Both the position numbers and the translations under genes were made by a program. Source: Candidatus Aminicenantales bacterium (GTDB taxonomy: Bacteria; Acidobacteriota; Aminicenantia; Aminicenantales; Saccharicenantaceae). From it: a stretch of 64,000 nucleotides of DNA. The notes beneath the pieces are model-generated. The model was given only the letters and a program-made list of their open reading frames with translations, was not told the origin of the DNA and made no database searches. Below, piece by piece: positions 57,003 to 64,000 of the stretch. Positions within the stretch are counted from its first letter, which is position 1. Each line of letters opens with the position of its first letter. The stretch covers positions 1 through 64,000 of the forward strand of contig JBEKXF010000012.1 in NCBI GenBank assembly GCA_049512315.1. The letters run 5' to 3'.

Positions 57003-58221
57003 AGGGGAGGCGGGAGCCCCAGCCGGTTTCGACGGCATAATTCATGCACCTGGCGAAAATCCCGTAATCGAATTCCGGGCAAACGATGCCTTTGCGCTCG
57101 AGGATGGGCCGGGATCTCGCCGTCTCGAAAACCCGGGCATCCCTCATGTAGGGCCCGTAAGCCTCCACGTAATGATCGTAGAGCGCCTCGAGGGGGTTCC
57201 TGGGTTTCTCCCTGAATTCCTCCGGGCCGCAAGCCCTGATTCCCGTCATCCGGAAAAGGCGGCAGCTGTAGTCGATGATGTCCCCGATCCGTTTCGCCCG
57301 GCCGTTGACGATATGGAAGACGCCTCCGCCGGGTGCTCCCTCCATGATCGCTAGGAACGCCCCCGTGAAATAATCAACGGGGATGAGGTCGATGCCTCCC
57401 TCGCCCGCCACTTCGATCCGTAAGGGAAGATGGATCGAGCCGTCGGCATCGATCCGCACCCCGATTTCGGCGGCCTTTCGGCCCCCGCGCTCGCGGATGT
57501 CTTTCTCATAGACGTCACGGATAAAGAGGGCCGTCCGCACGGGGAAATAGACGGCATTGAAGAGGAGGCTTCTCCCCGTCCGCGAATCCCCATAGACGAT
57601 GGACGGCCGATAGATCGTCAACCCTAAGCCCGCCTCTCCGCAGGCCGCCGCGGCCGCATGTTCGCCCCGGCATTTCGTCTCTTCGTAGGCGTTCCAGAAC
57701 TCGCAGGGCGTCACGAGGTCTTCGGGGCAGACGCCGGTCGTCTTGCCCGCGACAAACGCCGTGCTCACGTGGTGAAAAAAATACGCTTGGCTCTCACGGG
57801 CGAATTCCAGGACATTCGCGAGCCCAGCGCTATTGACCTCCTCCACCTCTTCCCTTTTCCTCTCGGAAAACGCCGTATTCGAAGCGCAGTGAATGATCTC
57901 GTCCGTCTCGAGAAGCAGCCCTCGCACGTCCTCCGCGGGAATGCCCAACCCCGGCCGCGTGATGTCGCCCTCGACGGCCCTGAGCCCTCGACGGTCGCCT
58001 TCCGACAGGCCGAACCAATCGAGGAGCCCGCGCACCCGGTCCTCTGCCCGCCGCGCGCCGCTCGAGCGGGCGAGGAGCGTAACGCGGAAACCCCGCCTGA
58101 GAAGCTCGACGGCGATGTGACTCCCCAGGAACCCGGTCCCGCCCGTCAGGAAAAAGCGGGTGGAGCGGTCCGTTCGCTTTTTCTCGATCTTCTCCCGGGA
58201 GATCCGCGCGGCGCTCGTCAT
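57001..58221 (-). CDS. Extended SDR, NAD_binding_4 (male-sterility / thioester reductase / fatty acyl-CoA reductase-like)
   Basis: FLTGGTGFLG, VEGDIT.P.LG, IIHCAS, HVSTAFV, N.YEETK..GE, YRPSIV.GDS.TG, PVDY. Confidence 0.85.
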   Translation of the reverse strand: MTSAARISREKIEKKRTDRSTRFFLTGGTGFLGSHIAVELLRRGFRVTLLARSSGARRAEDRVRGLLDWFGLSEGDRRGLRAVEGDITRPGLGIPAEDVRGLLLETDEIIHCASNTAFSERKREEVEEVNSAGLANVLEFARESQAYFFHHVSTAFVAGKTTGVCPEDLVTPCEFWNAYEETKCRGEHAAAAACGEAGLGLTIYRPSIVYGDSRTGRSLLFNAVYFPVRTALFIRDVYEKDIRERGGRKAAEIGVRIDADGSIHLPLRIEVAGEGGIDLIPVDYFTGAFLAIMEGAPGGGVFHIVNGRAKRIGDIIDYSCRLFRMTGIRACGPEEFREKPRNPLEALYDHYVEAYGPYMRDARVFETARSRPILERKGIVCPEFDYGIFARCMNYAVETGWGSRLP

Positions 58222-58272
58222 CTCATCTGCCTTCTCACGCTTTCTGCACCCCGCACCCCCTCCGCAGCCGCC

Positions 58273-60126
58273 CTAGTCCAGGCGATAGAGGAAGTTCTCC
58301 TTCCGCGAGCAGCCCTGGGAAAAGACATACATGAGGAACGTGACGCCCTTCGTTTTGGCCGCCAATCCGTCGAGCCACGGCCCGATCTCGGTCATGGCGT
58401 CCGCGATTTTCTTTTTGTCGGCGGGGTCGGTGTGCTCGATGTAATAGTCGTATTCGAGGATGGCCCGCTTCCCGAAGTCCATCGGCGTCAGGAAGCCATA
58501 GTCGTGCTCGATCTTGCGGGCATCGGCGATCCGCACGAAACCGGCGATGATGCCGTTGATGACCTCGATCTTGTCGAGCGGCACGTAAACGAGGAAGGCG
58601 AACATGTGCTTGCGTCTCGACATGCGGGCGCTGACGATCCGGAACATGTTGAGCCAGACCATGTCGGTCATCTCGGGCCGGGCGTAGAGCCGGGCATAAA
58701 ATTCCCTAAGGTCCTCGTCGACCGACCCGGCGATCGTCTCCGGCGACGGCTGGAGGACGGCCTCGACGACGGGCCTCATCTCCGGGCTGCAGAGGATCTC
58801 GTAGAGAGGCGCATTGCCTTCGTATGTCGAGGCGATCCCGGCGAGCTCGCTGTCGGCGAGCCGGGGCAAGCCGAGCATGAGCGTCCGGAAAAGCGCGCTG
58901 TCGATGACGGCCGTTCCGGCCATTTTCCTGATCGCCTCGCGGCCGTGGGCGTCGGCGACGGCGAAAACCAGGTACTTGATGCCCAGGACCTCGGGCAGGA
59001 GGTTCTTGATCTTCTCGGCGAGCTCCCGGGACGGCGACATGAAGTTCGAGATGTAGTGGCCGCCGAGGACGGCCAGGGCCAGGGCGAGCCGGCGCCGGCT
59101 CAGATCTCGGGCGAAAGCCACCGCCTTATCGAAACTTGTGAACGGCACGAGGATGCCTTCCTCGTCGTCGGTGACCGGATGGAGCTTGACCACGGCCTTC
59201 GTGCAGACGCCGGGAGACGGGATCATGGCGTGGTCGAAGGCGAAGACGTTCGGCGCGCTCTTGTCGTTGAGGCGGAAGACTTTGCCTTTCCGGTCCACGA
59301 ATTCCATGTCGATGAATCCGTCCGCGGCCGTCCCGTAGACGTTGGACCAGGTGGAGAACGTCCCCGTGCAGACGAGGTTGCCGCAGACGGTGGCCGCGGG
59401 CTCGGCGGCGTTCACACGGTAGCCCCGCTTATAGGCTTCCTTCTGGAGCTCGAACGACGTGACGCCCGGCTCGACGGCGACGCACCAGTTGTCCGCATCG
59501 AATTCGATTTTTCGCATCCGGTTCATGTCGAGGACGATCCCCTCGGTGAACACGAACCCGAAGACGCTCCCGCCGTTCCCCCGGATGGCGAAGGGGATCT
59601 TGAGCTCGTCGGCCAGAACCACGACCGCGGCGACCTCGTCCCTCGAGCCGGGCAGAACGACGTAGCGCGGCATCTGGATCCCGGCCAGAGGGAACGGATC
59701 GTCGGCGTAGGTGAACAGGATGGCCGGGTCGTTGGTCGCCCATTCGTCACCGACGATCGTTCGCAAGCGCTTCAGGACGGCGTCCTCTTTCGGCTTATGG
59801 ACCGGTTTTTTCGCGGCGAGGTGCTCGCGGACATGGTGCTTGAGCGCTTCCATGACCTTGACCGGCCGCATCCCGGTCACGAAATGGCACTGCTTGTCGC
59901 AGATGCCGCAGAGCGTGCAGGTGTCGGCGGCTTCGACCAGAGCTTCCGTGACAGGGATGAGATCTTCAGCCAGGGCGCGATAGAGGTCCATCCGCCCTTG
60001 GGGATAGAAAGCCACGTAATGCCTCTCCGGGCCCGAAGGACAGAGTCCGGTATCGAGATAATCGATCTTGCACATGGCATAGTGCCGGCACTGGGCGGCG
60101 GTTTTTCTGGCGCTTTCGTCGATCAT
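58273..60126 (-). CDS. Fe-S cluster / FAD-binding (PCMH-type, GlcD/Dld-like) oxidoreductase
   Basis: N-terminal C..Y.MC...CP and CTLCGICDKQC; then P..VVLP.SRDEV..VV..A....IP...RGNGG, LDMNRM, VEPGV. Start ATG 60126 after GGAGG. Confidence 0.8.
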   Translation of the reverse strand: MIDESARKTAAQCRHYAMCKIDYLDTGLCPSGPERHYVAFYPQGRMDLYRALAEDLIPVTEALVEAADTCTLCGICDKQCHFVTGMRPVKVMEALKHHVREHLAAKKPVHKPKEDAVLKRLRTIVGDEWATNDPAILFTYADDPFPLAGIQMPRYVVLPGSRDEVAAVVVLADELKIPFAIRGNGGSVFGFVFTEGIVLDMNRMRKIEFDADNWCVAVEPGVTSFELQKEAYKRGYRVNAAEPAATVCGNLVCTGTFSTWSNVYGTAADGFIDMEFVDRKGKVFRLNDKSAPNVFAFDHAMIPSPGVCTKAVVKLHPVTDDEEGILVPFTSFDKAVAFARDLSRRRLALALAVLGGHYISNFMSPSRELAEKIKNLLPEVLGIKYLVFAVADAHGREAIRKMAGTAVIDSALFRTLMLGLPRLADSELAGIASTYEGNAPLYEILCSPEMRPVVEAVLQPSPETIAGSVDEDLREFYARLYARPEMTDMVWLNMFRIVSARMSRRKHMFAFLVYVPLDKIEVINGIIAGFVRIADARKIEHDYGFLTPMDFGKRAILEYDYYIEHTDPADKKKIADAMTEIGPWLDGLAAKTKGVTFLMYVFSQGCSRKENFLYRLD

Positions 60127-60255
60127 GCCAAACCCTCCATCGTAGCTCGTTTGCTCGCGGCCGCGCTGACCTGCCGGTAGCCGAAAGAAACTTTGTCTGT
60201 CGTCAGTCCATTCCCTGCCCGTAGCCCAGTCATTTTTGTTATCCATTATACAAAT

Positions 60256-60287
60256 AATTCGGTGACACACAACTCATTACCGAAATT
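60256..60287 (+). repeat. Family A REP-like hairpin, single unit
   Basis: AATTCGGTGACACACAACTCATTACCGAAATT. Confidence 0.88.
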
Positions 60288-60330
60288 CTCTCAGGGAGTG
60301 AATGAAGGAAGGGAAACGTCGGAAACGTCG

Positions 60331-60443
60331 GGAATCCTTAACTCCTCCTTTTTGCCCAAGAAAACAACGACTTAAGGCCAAAAAAGTGGCCTTTTTTGCG
60401 CGTATATGATTTTTAATCAGTAACTTACTGAGGCCCGACCCCA
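60331..60443 (+). repeat. Family B 113-bp repeat
   Basis: Gapless match to the reverse complement of 45331-45443; contains AATCAGTAACTTA (IHF consensus WATCARNNNNTTR) immediately before CTGAGGCCCGACCCCA. Confidence 0.88.
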
Positions 60444-60452
60444 ATTAAACAA

Positions 60453-61112
60453 TTAAAGGACTTGGCCGTCGAAGAGGCGGATGGTCCGCTCGGAGCAGGC
60501 GGCGATGTGGTCGTTGTGGGTGACCATGACGATCGTCCGCCCTTCCTTCCAGAGCCGCCCCAGGATCTCCATGATCTCCTCGCCGCTCTTCGAGTCGAGG
60601 TTTCCCGTCGGCTCGTCGGCGAGCAATATCGGCGGGTCGTTCGCGAGCGCCCGCGCCAGCGCGATCCGCTGCTGCTGCCCTCCCGAAAGCTCCGACGGCC
60701 GGTGGTCGCGCCACTCGTAGAGCCCGACCGCGTTCAGGAGCTCCGTGACCCTTTCCTTCCGCTTCCTCCCGTTCTTCCCGTCGAAGAGCATCGGCAGCTC
60801 GATATTTTCCCAGGCCGTCGCGTAGGGCAGGAGGTTGAAATTCTGGAAGACGAACCCGATCTTGCGGTTGCGCACGGCGGCGAGCTGGTCGAACGTCAGG
60901 CCCGCCACCTTGTCGCTGTCGAGGACGTACTCCCCCGCCGTCGGCGTGTCCAGGCAGCCGATGATATTCATCAGCGTCGACTTCCCCGAACCCGAGGGCC
61001 CCATGATCGAGACGAACTCGCCCTTTCCGATCTTCAGGGAGATGCCCCGGAGCGCCTCCAGCGTCTGGCTCCCCGTCTGATAGACTTTGGTGATGCCGTT
61101 GAGCTTGATCAT
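60453..61112 (-). CDS. ABC transporter ATP-binding protein (MacB/LolD family)
   Basis: GPSGSGKST, LSGGQQQR, LLADEPTGNLD, VTH. Confidence 0.95.
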   Translation of the reverse strand: MIKLNGITKVYQTGSQTLEALRGISLKIGKGEFVSIMGPSGSGKSTLMNIIGCLDTPTAGEYVLDSDKVAGLTFDQLAAVRNRKIGFVFQNFNLLPYATAWENIELPMLFDGKNGRKRKERVTELLNAVGLYEWRDHRPSELSGGQQQRIALARALANDPPILLADEPTGNLDSKSGEEIMEILGRLWKEGRTIVMVTHNDHIAACSERTIRLFDGQVL

Positions 61113-61134
61113 GATGACCCTCTATTCATGCTCT

Positions 61135-62385
61135 CTATTCATAGCGGAGTGACTCGATGGGGTTCGACCGCGAGGCCCGGAGCGCCGGGAAGATCCCCGA
61201 CAGGAAAACGAGGATGCCCAGGATGACCATGTAGGCGACGAGGATCTGCAGCGAAAAGACCGGCCGCAGGAGATAAGCCTCGATCCCGAACGAATCGTAA
61301 TTGATGGGGGCGAGCCGGATGAGGCTGACGACGTTGAACGCCGTGATGAGCCCCCAGAAGGTCCCCTTGGCAAAGACAAAGAGCGTCTCCAGGAAAAACT
61401 GCTGGACGATGACCCGCCGTCGGGCCCCGATGGCCAGCTTGATCCCGATCTCCTTGGTCCGCTCCTTGGCGACGGCATACATCAGGTTCGTGACGCCGAC
61501 GGCCCCAATGAGCAGAGTCAGGGCACCGATGATGCCGAGGAAAATCTCGATCCCCTTGAAGACGGCCATGCCCTCCTTGTTGTTCTCGATGGTGTTCCAG
61601 AAGCTCGTGGCGTAGCGGTCGTCGGGATCGAAGCGGTATTTCCGCCCGAAGAGCGTCCGGACCCGGGCTTCGATAAGCTTGGACCGAGAGGCCTCATAGG
61701 GTTGGATATGGATCTGATTGATGCGCCGCCGGTTGTCAATTTGCTGGTAGGCGTAGAACGGGAGGTAGATCTGGTCGGCGTCCGGGCCGTTGTACATCGA
61801 ATCCTGGATTTTCTTCATGAGGATCCCGATCACGGTGAAGGGGATGCGGTTGATGACGATCTGCTTCCCGACCGGGTCCCCGGCGCCGAATAGGTCGGCC
61901 GCGACCTTCCAACCGATGAATGCGACCTTCCGGCCCTCGACAACGTCGTCGGCGTCGAGGAACCTGCCCCCGAGCTGGGGGACCTGCGTCCTCATCACGC
62001 CGAATTCGGCCGTCGTGCCGTGGACGTTCCGGTTGATCTCCTTGCCGTTGGCCGACACCTGGAAATAGCTATAGGATTCCGGGGCGATGCGCATGATCTC
62101 CGGGATCCGGTCCTTGAGGTAGTCGATGTCCTCCGGGTACAGCGATATCTGCCGCCCCTTCGGCAGCCCTTCGAATTCGAGCGAGGTCTGGCCGCCGTAG
62201 ACCATGATCAGCGTGTCGCCGAGCCCGCTGAACGCGACCTGGAACTGCGTGGACATGCCCCGGCCGAAGGCCATGAGGAGGAGGATCGAAAGCGTCCCCC
62301 AGAAGAGGGCGAAGGTGATGAGCGAGGCCTTCTTCCGGCGCTTCCGGTACTCGCTCCAGAAAAATCGAGGCAGCGTCAGGTTCAT
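61135..62385 (-). CDS. ABC transporter permease (MacB/FtsX family)
   Basis: Periplasmic core plus C-terminal TMs; GVTNLM...KERTKEIGIKLAIGA...QF..E, PIESLRYE. Confidence 0.92.
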   Translation of the reverse strand: MNLTLPRFFWSEYRKRRKKASLITFALFWGTLSILLLMAFGRGMSTQFQVAFSGLGDTLIMVYGGQTSLEFEGLPKGRQISLYPEDIDYLKDRIPEIMRIAPESYSYFQVSANGKEINRNVHGTTAEFGVMRTQVPQLGGRFLDADDVVEGRKVAFIGWKVAADLFGAGDPVGKQIVINRIPFTVIGILMKKIQDSMYNGPDADQIYLPFYAYQQIDNRRRINQIHIQPYEASRSKLIEARVRTLFGRKYRFDPDDRYATSFWNTIENNKEGMAVFKGIEIFLGIIGALTLLIGAVGVTNLMYAVAKERTKEIGIKLAIGARRRVIVQQFFLETLFVFAKGTFWGLITAFNVVSLIRLAPINYDSFGIEAYLLRPVFSLQILVAYMVILGILVFLSGIFPALRASRSNPIESLRYE

Positions 62386-62386
62386 G

Positions 62387-63628
62387 CTATTTCCTCAGCG
62401 CCTCGATCGGGTCGGTGGACGCGGCCGTCCGGGCCGGAATCATCCCGGCGATGACGCCAATGACGAGCAGGATCAGGATCGTGGAAACGATAACGAGCGG
62501 GTTGAGGACGGGGACGCCGACGAATTCGGTAAAGCCGCCCGCGGGGAACGCCTTGGTCGCCTGGATAGCGCCGGCCGCCAGGCCGAAGCCGATGAGCCCG
62601 CCGAGGAGCATGATGACGAGCGACTCGCTAAAAAACTGCCGGAGGATGGTCCGGCGCCGCGCGCCGACCGCGAGCTTCACGCCGATCTCCCGCGTCCGCT
62701 CGTCCACGACGACCCGCATGATCGAGGCCACCCCGACGCCGCCCACGAGGAGCGTGAACGAGCCGATGACCCCGAGGAAGACCGTGAAGGCCATGAAGAA
62801 CGTCGTGAACGTCTTCTCGAATTCCATAGTGTCCCAGATGGAGATGGCGTCCGGGTCGGCGGGATCATAGCCGATCAGCTTGGCCAGATGCCCTTTGACG
62901 TCGTTCGTGACGGCCTTGCTCCGGCCGAGGTTGAGGGGGCGGAAAATGAAGTTCGAGACATACTTGTAGCCGTAGAGCGAGGAAAAGGTCGTCCAGGCGA
63001 TGAAGGCGCAGCGCTCGTCGCGCTGGCCGTTATAGTTCGAGTTCTGCTGCTTCGTGCGCATGACCCCGACGACGGTGAAGGGGACGCCGTCGATAAAAAT
63101 CGCCTTGCCGACGGGCTCCTCGTTGGCGAAGAGGTCGGTCGCGAGGACGTCCCCGATGAAGCAGACGCGTTTGCGGGCGGCCATGTCCTCGTCATCAATG
63201 AACCGCCCCTTCCCGGCGATCGTGTTCCGCATGCGCTCGAACTGCGGGTTGACGCCTCGGACCGTATCCCGGTATTCCTTCCGGCCGTAGCTGATGAGGG
63301 AGTCGCGCCTGCCGACGAACTCGGGGCTGATGAGGTCGATGCCGGGGACCTTCTCCGGGATGGCCTCGACCACTTCCGGGGTGAGGCGCACGGCCTTGCC
63401 CCGGACGAACCCCTGCCAGGGAAGGGTCGTCCGCGAGGGGAAGGCGAGGACGATCCCTTCCCCCATGCCGTGGAACCGCTTGATCTGGGCCTTGGAGACG
63501 GAGTCGCCGAAGGCGATGAGGAGGACGACGGAAAACGTCCCCCAGACGACCCCGGACAGGGTCAGGATCGTCCGGAGCGGCTGGCGGACGAGGTCCCGGA
63601 AGAGGTTGCGGAAGAAGATCCCGATCAT
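62387..63628 (-). CDS. ABC transporter permease (MacB/FtsX family)
   Basis: RTILTLSGV.WG, GGVGVASIM...V.ERTREIGVKLAVGA, DPIEALR. Confidence 0.92.
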   Translation of the reverse strand: MIGIFFRNLFRDLVRQPLRTILTLSGVVWGTFSVVLLIAFGDSVSKAQIKRFHGMGEGIVLAFPSRTTLPWQGFVRGKAVRLTPEVVEAIPEKVPGIDLISPEFVGRRDSLISYGRKEYRDTVRGVNPQFERMRNTIAGKGRFIDDEDMAARKRVCFIGDVLATDLFANEEPVGKAIFIDGVPFTVVGVMRTKQQNSNYNGQRDERCAFIAWTTFSSLYGYKYVSNFIFRPLNLGRSKAVTNDVKGHLAKLIGYDPADPDAISIWDTMEFEKTFTTFFMAFTVFLGVIGSFTLLVGGVGVASIMRVVVDERTREIGVKLAVGARRRTILRQFFSESLVIMLLGGLIGFGLAAGAIQATKAFPAGGFTEFVGVPVLNPLVIVSTILILLVIGVIAGMIPARTAASTDPIEALRK

Positions 63629-63667
63629 GGGCTCGCGGCCTTCTTATCTGATCACGCGGTCACTCGA

Positions 63668-64000
63668 TCACTTGATTTCGCGGGGAGGCTTCTCGACGAC
63701 CTTCTCGCCCTCTTTGAGTCCGGACACGATCTCGATGTTCAGCCCGTCGGAGAGCCCGGTCTGGACCTCGACCTTGCGGGTCTTCTGCTCGCCCGGGGCC
63801 TGGGTTTCGGGCACCTCGACGAACCGCTTGCCGTTCTCGAAGATGACCAGCCGCTCGGGGAGCATCAGGACCTGCTTACGGTCGCGGATCCGGATGCTGG
63901 CCGTGGCCGAGAATCCGGCGCGGAGGACCATCCCCGGGTCCTTGACAATGGAGATCTCGATGTCGAAGAGGGTGGCGTTCCCTTCCTTCTTGGCCTTGGG
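63668..64000 (-). CDS. Efflux RND/MacA-type periplasmic adaptor subunit (3' part; runs off the window)
   Basis: LRAGFSATASI...LP.....ENG..FV...V.TGLSDGLNIEI.SGL.EGE.V; lies upstream of the permeases. Confidence 0.85.
   Translation of the reverse strand, partial: PKAKKEGNATLFDIEISIVKDPGMVLRAGFSATASIRIRDRKQVLMLPERLVIFENGKRFVEVPETQAPGEQKTRKVEVQTGLSDGLNIEIVSGLKEGEKVVEKPPREIK

Noticed and set aside
9370..60180. Long antisense ORFs (e.g. 9370-11736 +, 20807-23536 -, 45484-47358 +, 57658-60180 +)
   Set aside because: Shadow frames of well-supported genes, expected at high GC; they contain no recognisable motifs.
60127..60270. N-terminal extension of the Fe-S/FAD oxidoreductase ORF
   Set aside because: It starts inside a Family A repeat; the RBS supports ATG 60126.
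61120..61142. CTCTATTCAT duplicated at the permease stop
   Set aside because: A 10-nt local duplication not associated with either repeat family; no functional inference is possible.

Overview
GC-rich, densely coding 64-kb bacterial chromosomal segment. The gene repertoire (sulfatase-TPR and carboxypeptidase-regulatory-TPR fusions, many secreted peptidases and glycosidases) is reminiscent of Aminicenantia/Acidobacteriota, which is an inference only. Contents in order: an amino-sugar/glycoconjugate catabolic cluster (GH18, GH42-like, ROK, UPF0309 SIS, MFS, GH116, sulfatase-TPR); mobA with bfr-dmsABC; a fused 1392-aa PlsA/Ger-type protein (candidate ether-lipid/plasmalogen synthase); peptidases (M14, S9-FGE, two M28); a DEAD-box helicase; an NCS2 permease; tRNA-Leu(UAA); a GH106/DUF4838 glycosidase block; an Fe-S/FAD oxidoreductase plus SDR pair; and a MacAB-type ABC exporter. 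No transposase, integrase, phage or cas gene is visible. The most striking non-coding signal is two unannotated families of AT-rich dispersed intergenic repeats. Family A is about 10 REP-like hairpins (AATTTCGGTGACACACAAC...TTACCGAAATT) in inverted pairs and mosaics at four loci. Family B is a 113-bp gapless element ending in an IHF-like site plus CTGAGGCCCGACCCCA; one copy supplies the start codon and N-terminus of a secreted protein.
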